NCBI GenBank assembly: GCA_964606485.1
Contig: CAZSGP010000003.1
Span: forward strand, 194,481-258,480
Length of the DNA stretch: 64,000 nucleotides
Reading direction: 5' to 3'
Source of the DNA: an uncultured Planctomycetia bacterium
GTDB taxonomy: Bacteria > Omnitrophota > Gorgyraeia > 2-02-FULL-51-18
Below are positions 24,976 to 34,094 of the stretch, piece after piece. The first letter of the stretch is position 1. Every line of letters begins with the position of its first letter. The translations under genes and the position numbers were made by a program. Under the pieces are notes generated by a model. The model did not search any database. It worked only from the letters and a program-made list of their open reading frames with translations, and was not told where the DNA came from.

Positions 24976-25665
24976 CTACTGCCACTGAAAATGAAAAAAT
25001 GGTCCCAGACGCCCCAGGACCGTTAACGAGTTCTTGCGATAAATAATGCGAACCTCTCGCCATCCACCCGGCCGAGCGATCATCCTCGAGCGTACCTGAC
25101 GCGGAAGCTCTTCGTAAAAACGGTCAGAAACTCTTAAAACCAAATGCAAAACCCTCATTTTTTGGTTTTCTAAATCGATGCCGCCCTTTAGGATAAGCTC
25201 ATTCGACTCCCAACCTAAAATTCTAACCACCATCTGGTCGCCTTGCCGGACTCCTAAAAAGCGGAGATTGCTGATTTTGGCGCTGTCTTCCAAAAACTTA
25301 TCCAATGACAAGGGGCCGATCGGAAACTTTCGCACAAATGCTTTTGATAAAACAGCATCCCGCGCTGAAAAAATGGCTCGCGTCCGCTTCCCCGCCATCG
25401 CTTCGATGGGTCTAAATTTAAGACTGGCTCCAGAAACCCTCACCCAAGATTCTCCTTCGGGAGAAAAGTAATCTAACGATTCAAGTCTGAGATCTGAATA
25501 CCGTATAAGCGATATTTTTTCGGCTTTAATGGGAATTCCGGCAGCGCGCGAAATCCGATTTGAAAAAAGCGAGTCAAGCCACTGCCCCCTTACAGGGGTC
25601 ACATAAAAAAGCACGAGACAAATCGCGGCAACAATAAAAAATGAAGCTAGAATTTTTCGAATCAC
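24976..25665 (-). CDS. Membrane-anchored hypothetical protein
   Basis: 229 aa. The N-terminal TM anchor is ILASFFIVAAICLVLFYV. No recognised motif follows. It is co-directional with and overlapping neighbouring genes. Confidence 0.4.
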   Translation of the reverse strand: MIRKILASFFIVAAICLVLFYVTPVRGQWLDSLFSNRISRAAGIPIKAEKISLIRYSDLRLESLDYFSPEGESWVRVSGASLKFRPIEAMAGKRTRAIFSARDAVLSKAFVRKFPIGPLSLDKFLEDSAKISNLRFLGVRQGDQMVVRILGWESNELILKGGIDLENQKMRVLHLVLRVSDRFYEELPRQVRSRMIARPGGWREVRIIYRKNSLTVLGRLGPFFHFQWQ

Positions 25666-27161
25666 GCTAGAAACTTATGGAAATCTTCTTTTTTGGCGCG
25701 GCGCGCAAAGACCTCCACGACCTTTGGATCAAACTGCGTGCCGGTATTCCTCAAAATTTCTTCAACCGCCTCATTCCAGGAGGCTCGCGTGCGATAAGGC
25801 CGCCCCATAACAATCGCTTCAAACGCACTGATCACTGATAAAATCCGGGATCCAATCGGAATCTCTTCCCCTTTTAATCCTTTGGGATAGCCCGTGCCGT
25901 CAAATTTCTCCCGAAGATGCAAAATCACCGGAACCACCGGTTTTAAGTTTTCAAAGGACTGGACGATCTTAGCTCCTTTAAACGGGTGCTCTTTTAAAGT
26001 TTTATATTCTTCACCCGTCAGCTTCGTGGGTTTCTTTAGAATTTCGTCCGGAATTCCAACGCGAGCTGTGTCTTTTAGTAGTGTTGCGTAATGAAGCGCC
26101 TGAATCTCGTCATCTCTCAACCTCAACTCTTCGGCGATCTTAAGCGCTAACTTTAAAAATTCTTGAGGGGGTGGTGAGTTGGTGCGCGTTCCCATAATCT
26201 CCGCAAGCGACTGAATGGTTCCGAGCGTGACTTTTTTCTGATCTTCATAGGTTCTGGCATTTTTAATCGCAATAACAGCCTCTTCGGCCAAGGTTGAAAG
26301 AATCTCTTGGTCAAAGTGATTGAATGGCGATTTATCTTTTTTTCGCGAGGCCAGCACGACTCCAACCACGTCCTCGTCGATAAGCGGCGTACAAATAAAT
26401 TTTTTACGGAGCACATTTTGAGCGGCTGTCGATGCCTTAGCGACAAAAGCGTATTCTGAGATCTTCGTCTTTCCGATCGTTCCGCTCTTTTTTGGATAGC
26501 CCACGAGCGCCTTACAAACAAGCCCGGGCTTCGATGCTTCGCGGCTTGGATCTTTCTCTAAAAGATAAATGGCGCACCGCTCCGCGCGCAAGACCTGCGC
26601 CGTCAAGTGAGCAATGCGGGAAATAAGCTCGTTTAAATCAAGGGTCGAATTAATAATCCGGTGAACGGTGTGCACGGTCGAGAGCGCTACTGCGCGGGGC
26701 CTCAAAGTCGCTGAAAGCCGCTCAAGCTCATCCGACTTAAACGAATTCTCTTTTATGAGCTGAATATGCGCTGCTAGCAAATTTAGGGCTTCCTGGTTTG
26801 GCTCGTTTCCATCGAAACTGAGACCTAAATAACCAGTCACTTTCCCAGAAAAAATAAGCGGTATGCAAAAATGGGGTTGGGAAAAACCGGTTCTAAAGAA
26901 AAAAGGCCTTAATTCTTTGGCTCTTTTTTTGAGATGCGTATAGATTTTCCCGGACAAACTAAACTTCCGACTGCGGGGATCACTCCAAATTAATGAGGAA
27001 TAATGCAAGAAATGACTTTTTGTTTTCGATGAGGGCCCGTTGGGTTTTGGGGTTATCCACCAAAACGGGCTTCCTAGAAGCGGGTCGAAGAGCGTCCTTG
27101 TTTTTTTAAGCGCCTCTTGTCTTATGATTGACTGAAAAATTTCTTTATCGGATTTCATCAA
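25662..27161 (-). CDS. GAF-domain protein with a degenerate HD-GYP domain (GYP motif kept, metal-ligand His/Asp mostly lost).
   Basis: The central GAF-like region is followed by ...ALHYATLLKDTARVGIPDEILKKPTKLTGEEYKTLKEHPFKGAKIV...LHLREKFDGTGYPKGLKGEEIPIGSRI. Against the HD-GYP consensus, AALLHDIGK has become TLLKD and HHERWDGSGYP has become LHLREKFDGTGYP. The first His, in the consensus region GHSxRV, is also missing. Confidence 0.75.
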   Translation of the reverse strand: MMKSDKEIFQSIIRQEALKKTRTLFDPLLGSPFWWITPKPNGPSSKTKSHFLHYSSLIWSDPRSRKFSLSGKIYTHLKKRAKELRPFFFRTGFSQPHFCIPLIFSGKVTGYLGLSFDGNEPNQEALNLLAAHIQLIKENSFKSDELERLSATLRPRAVALSTVHTVHRIINSTLDLNELISRIAHLTAQVLRAERCAIYLLEKDPSREASKPGLVCKALVGYPKKSGTIGKTKISEYAFVAKASTAAQNVLRKKFICTPLIDEDVVGVVLASRKKDKSPFNHFDQEILSTLAEEAVIAIKNARTYEDQKKVTLGTIQSLAEIMGTRTNSPPPQEFLKLALKIAEELRLRDDEIQALHYATLLKDTARVGIPDEILKKPTKLTGEEYKTLKEHPFKGAKIVQSFENLKPVVPVILHLREKFDGTGYPKGLKGEEIPIGSRILSVISAFEAIVMGRPYRTRASWNEAVEEILRNTGTQFDPKVVEVFARRAKKEDFHKFLA

Positions 27162-28333
27162 ACCTTCTCATAGGGTTCGAAAAATTTTTTATACTCATCT
27201 TGAGCGTAGCGGTCTGTCATTCCTGCAATATAATCGCATATGACGCGATGCGCACCTTCTTTTTTTAATCGCTTCTGGCTGCCGGGCGGCAATTGCTCGG
27301 GCCGCGCTAGATACACCTCAAAGAGTGCTTTCAAAAAACGCCGAGCCTTGTCGGTCATGCGAACCACTCGGTAATGCCGGTACAATTTTTCCTTTAGAAA
27401 ATCGCGGAGCTCTTGACGACTTGCCTGTAGCTCGCGGCTAAAACCCACCGTAAACTGAGGCAAGCGCATCGCGTCGGAGAATTTTTTAAGACCCGCCTTC
27501 GCGATATTGTGTCTCGACTGTTTCAAAAGATCAGTGACTTCGGTATGAATGAGCGCACGAATAATCTGGTAGCGGCGCACCTGAGGTTTTGTCTTTTTTT
27601 GGATGCGGCACTGAAGCCGCATGGAGCGCCATAATTTAATTTTATCAAGATCCGTTTCCGAGATAAGCCCAGAGGTAAGCCCGTCATCCAAATCATGATT
27701 GTCGTACGCTATTTCATCGGCCAAGTCCGCCACCTGCGACTCCAAGCAAGGCGACTGAAAATTGTCAAACGCACCCATGCCTAGTGCCTCAGCTTCACGC
27801 AAGAGTTCTGGGTGCTTAAAAAGGCCAATTCTAGACTCATAACTAAGGTTTAATCCGCGAAAATTAGGATAATGCTCTTCAAGATAATCCACGATTCTCA
27901 AGCTCTGAAGATTATGATTAAAGCCACCGTGATCTTTCATTAGAATTTGCAGCTCATCTTCACCGGCGTGTCCGAATGGCGTGTGACCCAAATCATGAGC
28001 GAGCGTAATGGTTTCAACAAGATCCGTATTTAAACGAAGGACGCGCGCAATGACGCGCGCAATTTGACACGCCTCAAGCGAATGCGTTAAGCGCGTGCGG
28101 TAGTAATCCCCTTCATGATTCACAAAAACTTGGGTTTTGTATTCGAGGCGGCGAAATGCGGAGCTATGAATAATTCGGTCGCGGTCGCGCTGAAAAGCGG
28201 TGCGGTAAGCGTGTTCTTTTTCAGGGTAAGCCCTACCGCGACTCTCAGCGCTCTTGGCAGCGTATGGAGCTAAAAGACGCTTCTCTTCTTTTTCCAAAAA
28301 AAGTCGATCGACAGAGGCGGGAGTCAAACTCAT
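27158..28333 (-). CDS. dgt: dGTPase-like deoxynucleoside-triphosphate triphosphohydrolase (HD domain, short form).
   Basis: 391 aa. RLTHSLEACQIARVIARVL...ITLAHDLGHTPFGHAGE keeps the full H...HD...H...H set. Both ends overlap neighbouring genes by 4 nt. Confidence 0.8.
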   Translation of the reverse strand: MSLTPASVDRLFLEKEEKRLLAPYAAKSAESRGRAYPEKEHAYRTAFQRDRDRIIHSSAFRRLEYKTQVFVNHEGDYYRTRLTHSLEACQIARVIARVLRLNTDLVETITLAHDLGHTPFGHAGEDELQILMKDHGGFNHNLQSLRIVDYLEEHYPNFRGLNLSYESRIGLFKHPELLREAEALGMGAFDNFQSPCLESQVADLADEIAYDNHDLDDGLTSGLISETDLDKIKLWRSMRLQCRIQKKTKPQVRRYQIIRALIHTEVTDLLKQSRHNIAKAGLKKFSDAMRLPQFTVGFSRELQASRQELRDFLKEKLYRHYRVVRMTDKARRFLKALFEVYLARPEQLPPGSQKRLKKEGAHRVICDYIAGMTDRYAQDEYKKFFEPYEKV

Positions 28334-29973
28334 TTCACAATCGGAAATTGACCGTAAAGATCCATCAGAACATTGATACGGGATAATCCGAGCGTAAATA
28401 TTTTCTTTTCTTTAGCTAATAATTTTGCGTTTTCATCCAAACCACCAAGTGCCACCAGCACTCCGGTGGAGCTTTTTTTTGAATCCCCGGATTTACGGCT
28501 TAAAAGGTCTAGCACTTCTTTTTCGGTGGCCTTTTCTTCTGTAATTTTGCAAACCCAGCAGCGGCCATGGCCTTTGGCAATCAACTCCCTCGTAGGAGAA
28601 TCCTCGCCGCCGGAAACCATTGCTCCGGGTAAAAATTCGGTGAAGTGCGGTAACTTCCGTTTTTTTTCGCCAAACTCAATAATGTCGTTTTGAAAACAGC
28701 GAAAAAGACCAGCAATTCGGTCGGTTGATCCTACCGTTAGAAATTCTTCATATTCCCCAATTTTTTTATCCACCGACATTAAAAAATCATTTTCCCGCGC
28801 AGCGGCATTCAAAAGCGAGAGCTCTTTGCGCTCATAAACTTCTTTTAGCCAAAATTTGAACATCTTGTCATGGAACCGGTAAAAAACCCCATTCTTAAGT
28901 ACGAGTTCGTGAGCCATAAGCTCCTCGAGATGCCGCGACGTTTCGCGCTGGGAACGATTGACCGCCTCCGAAAGATCTTTGAGTTTATGAATACCGCTCG
29001 CTAAACGCATGAGAATCATCAAATGGCTTCCATGGGAATGTTTTTGTGTCCACGGAGAGATGAGCGATAAGAAGTATTGATTGAGAGCCCCTTGTGATTC
29101 ATATAAAAGTTTTTGCAAAACCTCAGAGATGGTTTGGCGCGACAGAACCTGCTCTTGTTTTGCTTTGGCTGTTTGAGCAAGCCCATGCGAAATCATATTC
29201 AAATAAAATGGTTGGCCATCCGTAAATGCGGCCAAAAATGATTTGAGGTTCTGCGGAATCTCGATAGGCAAAAGTTTGTTTTCAAGGAACTGGTAGCAAG
29301 TTTCAAAATTAAAGGGTTCCAGATACACCCGTTCAAAATGACCAAAAAGAAGCGACAGTTTCTCGGCTAGAATTTTCCGGCTAACTGAAAAGGAGGAACT
29401 TGAAAGCAAGTACATGGTCTCTTTTTGAACCATGATGCGACGACCGAAATCCGAAAAAGCATTTCGAATTCCAAAATCGCCCAAACGGTGAAACTCGTCC
29501 AATATAACAATGCAGAATTTTCCAGTCTCCTTGCTCGCGATAGATGTAAGCTCGAACAGACGCGAATAAGCTTCTTCGGCATGGCGGCGCTTCAAGAGCG
29601 CACTAATCTCCTCGATGCGCTCCACAGTTTTAGGAATCAGTGGCTTGGACTTTTCCATGAGACTCGCTAGCGACTCCAAGGGATCAATGGATTGAGATTG
29701 AACAAGAACTTGATATAAAAGTGAGCGAACAAATTGATCTACAAAATAATCCAATGCCTGCGGTTTTATTTCAACATAAACAGAAATAACTTGGGGGTCT
29801 TTAAAGGTGTGTAAAAACTGTTGGAGAAGAGAGGTTTTACCGAGTTGGCGATGACCAATCACGGCGATATTCTGCCGGTAGCCTGATTTCAAGCCGCTGG
29901 CACGCTTAATAAGTAAGTCGATAATTTCCTGGCGTCCAAAAAAATTGGAGCCGATTACGGGATCGCTAAACAT
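28330..29973 (-). CDS. ATPase of the archaeal-type AAA family (Arch_ATPase-like) with winged-helix and DUF234-like C-terminal regions.
   Basis: 547 aa. FFGRQEIIDLLIKR...NIAVIGHRQLGKTSLLQQF is the Arch_ATPase N-terminus with Walker A. Walker B is CIVILDEFH. The C-terminal 150 aa, DUF234-like, may be nuclease-fold-related. Confidence 0.55.
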   Translation of the reverse strand: MFSDPVIGSNFFGRQEIIDLLIKRASGLKSGYRQNIAVIGHRQLGKTSLLQQFLHTFKDPQVISVYVEIKPQALDYFVDQFVRSLLYQVLVQSQSIDPLESLASLMEKSKPLIPKTVERIEEISALLKRRHAEEAYSRLFELTSIASKETGKFCIVILDEFHRLGDFGIRNAFSDFGRRIMVQKETMYLLSSSSFSVSRKILAEKLSLLFGHFERVYLEPFNFETCYQFLENKLLPIEIPQNLKSFLAAFTDGQPFYLNMISHGLAQTAKAKQEQVLSRQTISEVLQKLLYESQGALNQYFLSLISPWTQKHSHGSHLMILMRLASGIHKLKDLSEAVNRSQRETSRHLEELMAHELVLKNGVFYRFHDKMFKFWLKEVYERKELSLLNAAARENDFLMSVDKKIGEYEEFLTVGSTDRIAGLFRCFQNDIIEFGEKKRKLPHFTEFLPGAMVSGGEDSPTRELIAKGHGRCWVCKITEEKATEKEVLDLLSRKSGDSKKSSTGVLVALGGLDENAKLLAKEKKIFTLGLSRINVLMDLYGQFPIVK

Positions 29974-30023
29974 TTATATCTAAATGGTATCCAAATAAAG
30001 TCTCTAGCGGTTTTGAAAGCCCA

Positions 30024-30095
30024 AGCGGGTGATGGGAATCGAACCCACATCTAAAGCTTGGGAAGCTCTCATTCTACCACTGAACTACACCCGCA
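30024..30095 (-). tRNA. tRNA-Gly (anticodon CCC)
   Basis: The minus strand reads GCGGGTGTAGTTCAGTGGTAGAATGAGAGCTTCCCAAGCTTTAGATGTGGGTTCGATTCCCATCACCCGCT. It has a 7-bp acceptor stem, the D-loop AGTGGTA, the anticodon loop TTCCCAA and the T-loop GGTTCGATTCC. No CCA is encoded. Confidence 0.85.
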
Positions 30096-30145
30096 AAAGT
30101 GACCTAAAATTACAAAAATTTCCAGCCGTTATTCTAGCACCGCGC

Positions 30146-31054
30146 CTAAAATTTTGTCAGCTGTTTAAACGCCTGGAAACGCTTTTCAATTTCAGAAAAT
30201 TTTAAACTGGTCAAGCGCTTTAAGCTAAAACTTTCCACGTTATACGAGGCGACAGCACTCCCATAAATCACGGCCCGACGAATCGTCGCTTCATCCCATT
30301 TCCTTGCTTTGGCCAGAGACCCGATAAACCCTCCCGCAAAACTGTCGCCCGCACCTGTGGGGTCATAAATATTTTCAAGCAAAAATGCCGGGGCTAAAAA
30401 GTGGGATTTGTTGGAAAAGCAGATTACTCCATGCTCCCCTTTCTTCACCACAAAGATCTTAACCCCGCGCTTTTGCACAAACTGAGCAGCTTTGATGAGG
30501 TTGTATTCTCCGGTAAGCTCGCGCGCCTCACTGTCATTGCATAGAAAAATGTCAACATTGCCCAAAAGCTTGAGTAGGGCCTGTTTTTTATTTTGGATCC
30601 AAAAATTCATGGTGTCACATGCAATCAATTTTGGCTTCTGGATCTGCTTAAGCACAGCAAGCTGAAGCTCAGGGTCGATATTGGCCAAAAAAACGTGCGG
30701 AGTGCGTTTGTGTGACTCGGAAAGCTTGGGTGAAAAACTCTGAAAAACGTTCAGTTCCGTTTTAAGAGTGTTGGCTTTATTCAAATCGTAATCATAAAAC
30801 CCTTCCCAGCGAAATGTTTTGCCTTGGGCTGTTTCGAGCCCAGAAATATCCACGCCTAATTTTGTCATTAAATCGCGGTAAGCTTTAGGAAAATCTTCCC
30901 CAACCACTGCGATGACCGAAACGGGTGAAAAAAATCGAGCGGCAGCGCTAAAAAAAGTGGCAGACCCACCCAGCGCATCTTTCTCATAACCAAACGGCGT
31001 CCTGACGGTGTCGAGCGCCACAGATCCCACTGCTAAGATTCGATTATCGGTCAT
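30146..31054 (-). CDS. PfkB-family carbohydrate kinase (candidate heptose-7-phosphate kinase HldA/RfaE domain I).
   Basis: Start set at MTDNRILAVGSVALDTV. The ribokinase-family motif DPTGAGDSFAGGF is present. The gene lies close to hldC and gmhA. Confidence 0.65.
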   Translation of the reverse strand: MTDNRILAVGSVALDTVRTPFGYEKDALGGSATFFSAAARFFSPVSVIAVVGEDFPKAYRDLMTKLGVDISGLETAQGKTFRWEGFYDYDLNKANTLKTELNVFQSFSPKLSESHKRTPHVFLANIDPELQLAVLKQIQKPKLIACDTMNFWIQNKKQALLKLLGNVDIFLCNDSEARELTGEYNLIKAAQFVQKRGVKIFVVKKGEHGVICFSNKSHFLAPAFLLENIYDPTGAGDSFAGGFIGSLAKARKWDEATIRRAVIYGSAVASYNVESFSLKRLTSLKFSEIEKRFQAFKQLTKF

Positions 31055-31056
31055 TT

Positions 31057-31704
31057 TTACTCCCCTTTTATTTGTTTTAAAATTTGACGTGCCGACTGCG
31101 CACAATCTTCGGCGCCCATCACGGCGCGAACCACCGCTACGGTTTTTGCGCCGCACCGAACCACTTCCGATACGTTGTTTTGATCAATGCCGCCAATCGC
31201 GACGAACGGAATGCGAATATTTTGAGCGGCAAATTTCACAAGCTCAAGCCCCACGGCTTGAGCGCTCGGCTTCGTCGGTGTCGCGAAGACCGGTCCAATG
31301 CCAATGTAATCAAAGCCTTCATGCTCTGCCTGTAACGCTTGCTCAGGACTATGCGTGGATCGCCCAATGATCGCGCCATCCCCTAAAACCATTCGCGCAG
31401 CTTCGTAAGATGCGTCATCCTGTCCCAAATGGACACCATCAGCGCCACTAGCTTTCGCGACTTCAACCCAGTCGTTAATGATGAGTGGCACGCCTTGTGC
31501 GCGCGTGATCACAAGCAATTTTCGAGCAAGATTCAGCGCATCTGTTTGAGAGGCTTGCTTATCGCGCAGCTGAATAACACTTGCCCCACCTTTAATTGCG
31601 CCAAAAACCGCATCTTCGAGAGATTTATTTCGAAGAACGGATGGTTCGGTGATGACGTAAAGTTTCCAGTCTTGGCAGTGATTTTTTTTCAATGGTGTAT
31701 GCAT
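31057..31704 (-). CDS. thiE: Thiamine-phosphate synthase
   Basis: 215 aa. KLYVITE...IQLRDK...INDWVEVAKASGADGVHLGQDD...IGRSTH...GFDYIGIGPVFATPTK...VAIGGI is the ThiE pattern. Confidence 0.85.
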   Translation of the reverse strand: MHTPLKKNHCQDWKLYVITEPSVLRNKSLEDAVFGAIKGGASVIQLRDKQASQTDALNLARKLLVITRAQGVPLIINDWVEVAKASGADGVHLGQDDASYEAARMVLGDGAIIGRSTHSPEQALQAEHEGFDYIGIGPVFATPTKPSAQAVGLELVKFAAQNIRIPFVAIGGIDQNNVSEVVRCGAKTVAVVRAVMGAEDCAQSARQILKQIKGE

Positions 31705-32077
31705 AAAATCTGATTTTTTTAAAGACTAGCGCCGCTTTTAAATTTAAAATTTTAGACACTTCTTCGAGAGTTCTTAGCGATTCCTTGACGCGTTGGAAAT
31801 TTGCCAAAAATAAATCACTCTCATTAACACGCCCTGATTCAAGCGCATCAAATTTTTGTCCGATATCGGACGTCGAGTTCCGGGCCATCAACAATTCCTC
31901 GTAAAGCTCTGGGAAATTCTTAAGAACATTACTGATATCGTGACGCATTTTTTTGAGATCGCGCGACAAAGCCTTATCTTCCCAAACAAATCGAGCCACG
32001 TCCTCGCACACACGCAACCCTTCTCGGGAACGGTTGAAATTGGCATCGAGAATTCTATGAGATTGTGACCGCGTCAC
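31625..32077 (-). CDS. Hypothetical protein overlapping the thiE start by 80 nt (possible ThiE-associated N-terminal module).
   Basis: 150 aa (RILDANFNRSREGLRVCEDVARFV...). Its stop lies inside thiE in another frame. Function is unknown. The overlap suggests a frameshifted fusion or a genuine long overlap. Confidence 0.3.
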   Translation of the reverse strand: MTRSQSHRILDANFNRSREGLRVCEDVARFVWEDKALSRDLKKMRHDISNVLKNFPELYEELLMARNSTSDIGQKFDALESGRVNESDLFLANFQRVKESLRTLEEVSKILNLKAALVFKKIRFYAYTIEKKSLPRLETLRHHRTIRSSK

Positions 32078-32079
32078 AA

Positions 32080-32529
32080 TTAAACTTTCGCTAAAATAGA
32101 AGTAGTGGAAAAACCAGGAACAAACGGCAAGGACTTGACCGTACCGCCATAAGATTCAACAAAATCACTACCGACGATGTCTTTTTTCTTCCAATCACCA
32201 CCCTTGACCAAAAAATGTGGCCGGACTTTTTTGATTAATTTTTCAGGAGTGTTTTCTTTGAAGACTAAAACAAAGTCGACAGATTGAAGCGCTAGGAGAA
32301 CCTCAGCGCGGGCACGCTCAGAATTTACCGGACGACTGGGGCCCTTCAGAGCGCGGACAGATTTGTCAGCGTTAAGCCCCACCACAAGCGCGTCACCCAG
32401 CGAGCGCGCAGTCTTTAAATACCGCACGTGACCCACATGCAACAGGTCAAAGCAACCATTTGTGAAAACGATTTTCTTCCCTTTTTTTTGAAGCGCGTGG
32501 ATTTTTTTAAGATCCTGCGAAAAGCTCAT
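32080..32529 (-). CDS. hldC: D-glycero-beta-D-manno-heptose 1-phosphate adenylyltransferase (RfaE domain II / HldC).
   Basis: 149 aa. Cytidylyltransferase-fold motif [18 protein letters not shown]. Confidence 0.8.
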   Translation of the reverse strand: MSFSQDLKKIHALQKKGKKIVFTNGCFDLLHVGHVRYLKTARSLGDALVVGLNADKSVRALKGPSRPVNSERARAEVLLALQSVDFVLVFKENTPEKLIKKVRPHFLVKGGDWKKKDIVGSDFVESYGGTVKSLPFVPGFSTTSILAKV

Positions 32530-33079
32530 CGATTCTTTCGCAGAGAATATGGCCGATCATGATGTGGCACTCTTGTATGCGCGAGGTTTTCTGGCTTGGG
32601 ATCACAATGGAGATATCTGAAAGCTTATCAAGCTCTCCGCCGTCGCGCCCTGAGAAACCGATGGTCACAAGACCCATTTCTTTGGCTTTGGACATGGCGA
32701 GCAACACATTTTTAGAGTGGCCGCTCGTCGAGATGCCGAAAGCGACATCTCCCCTACGTCCCAGAGCTTCGATTTGGCGGATGAATACTTTTTCAAAACC
32801 GTAATCGTTTCCAACGGCCGTTAAAATGGAAGTATCCGTAGTGAGTGCGATGGCTGCTAACGCTTGGCGTTCCTTTTCGTAGCGGCCCACAAACTCAGCC
32901 GCTAAATGCTGGCTGTCACTGGCAGATCCGCCATTTCCAAAGAAAAGGATTTTGTTGCCGCTTTTCAGGCTCTGGTAAAGTGCCTGCGCCGTCTTTTCGA
33001 TCAACGGAACATGCGTCTTGAGAAGTGTTTCTTTGACGCGAATCGCTTCTTGAATGTGCCCAGAAACGCGATCAACCAA
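32507..33079 (-). CDS. gmhA: Phosphoheptose isomerase (SIS domain)
   Basis: [20 protein letters not shown]...[10 protein letters not shown]... is the GmhA pattern. The start is re-set to an in-frame TTG (33077-33079) 2 nt after the pfk stop, which avoids the 62-nt overlap. Confidence 0.75.
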   Translation of the reverse strand: MVDRVSGHIQEAIRVKETLLKTHVPLIEKTAQALYQSLKSGNKILFFGNGGSASDSQHLAAEFVGRYEKERQALAAIALTTDTSILTAVGNDYGFEKVFIRQIEALGRRGDVAFGISTSGHSKNVLLAMSKAKEMGLVTIGFSGRDGGELDKLSDISIVIPSQKTSRIQECHIMIGHILCERIDELFAGS

Positions 33080-34094
33080 AGAAGGACCTCGCCATATCGT
33101 AAAAACCCCTGTCGACGGTTTTAAGCGTGCCAACCGCGGTTTCTATTGGAACAGAAACGATTTCATTGCCGCGCAAAGCCACCATTTGACCGAATTTTCC
33201 TTCTTTGACGAGCTCGATAGCCTTGGCACCAAAGCGAGTTCCTAGCACGCGATCAAACGCGGTTGCGCTTCCCCCGCGCTGAATGTGTCCAAGAACCGTG
33301 ACACGCGTTTCGTAACCCGTTTTTTCTTCGATTTTCTTGGCTAAAATTTCTCCGATACCGCCTAAGCGCACATGACCGAAGTCGTCAAGCTTTTGCTCAA
33401 GCAAAACTTCGCTTCCGTCAAACTTTGCGCCTTCTGCGACAACGATGATGCTAAAACTCTTTCCGCGATCAGCCCGTTTTTTGAGCACATCGCAAACTTC
33501 TTGCATCTTGATCGGAAATTCCGGAACTAAAATCAAGTCTGCTCCGCCCGCAAGACCCGAGTGCAGCGCAATCCAACCGGCATGACGCCCCATCACCTCT
33601 ACCACCATCGTGCGGTGATGACTTTCGGCGGTGGTGTGAAGTCTGTCGATCGCTTCCATTGCGATATTTACGGCCGTATCAAAACCAAACGTGAAATCCG
33701 TTCCAGACAAATCGTTGTCGATGGTTTTAGGAACACCCACAACTTTAAAACCGTCCTTAAAGAGTTTGGAGCCGGCGCCAAGCGTATCTTCTCCACCTAC
33801 CGCGACGAGCGCATCAAGTCCCAATTTTTTAAAGCTCTCTCTGATTTTATCGATATTTTTGGGATCTTTATAAGGATTAGTGCGACTCGTCCCAAGAATT
33901 GTTCCGCCGCGATGTAAAATTCCTGAAACGGCAGACAAATCCAATGGAATTCCGTCCGCTTCAATCATTCCCTTCCAACCGTTACGGATGCCGATCATTT
34001 GATAATTGTTGTTCAAGCCCGTACGCACTGCCGCACGAATGACGGGATTAAGACCTGGGCAATCCCCACCGCCCGTTAAGATTCCGATTTTCAT
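33072..34094 (-). CDS. pfp: 6-phosphofructokinase, probably PPi-dependent
   Basis: [16 protein letters not shown]. It carries GGEDT and PKTIDND (acidic residue and Lys at the positions that separate PPi- from ATP-dependent enzymes), plus MGRHAGW. Confidence 0.8.
   Translation of the reverse strand: MKIGILTGGGDCPGLNPVIRAAVRTGLNNNYQMIGIRNGWKGMIEADGIPLDLSAVSGILHRGGTILGTSRTNPYKDPKNIDKIRESFKKLGLDALVAVGGEDTLGAGSKLFKDGFKVVGVPKTIDNDLSGTDFTFGFDTAVNIAMEAIDRLHTTAESHHRTMVVEVMGRHAGWIALHSGLAGGADLILVPEFPIKMQEVCDVLKKRADRGKSFSIIVVAEGAKFDGSEVLLEQKLDDFGHVRLGGIGEILAKKIEEKTGYETRVTVLGHIQRGGSATAFDRVLGTRFGAKAIELVKEGKFGQMVALRGNEIVSVPIETAVGTLKTVDRGFYDMARSFFG

Noticed and set aside
20448-30095. Genomic island integrated at tRNA-Gly, with the excisionase-family HTH as its Xis
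   Set aside because: No integrase, transposase or visible direct repeat of the tRNA 3' end is present. The interval contains core genes (aroB, csaA, a SPOR division protein) in one long co-directional operon.
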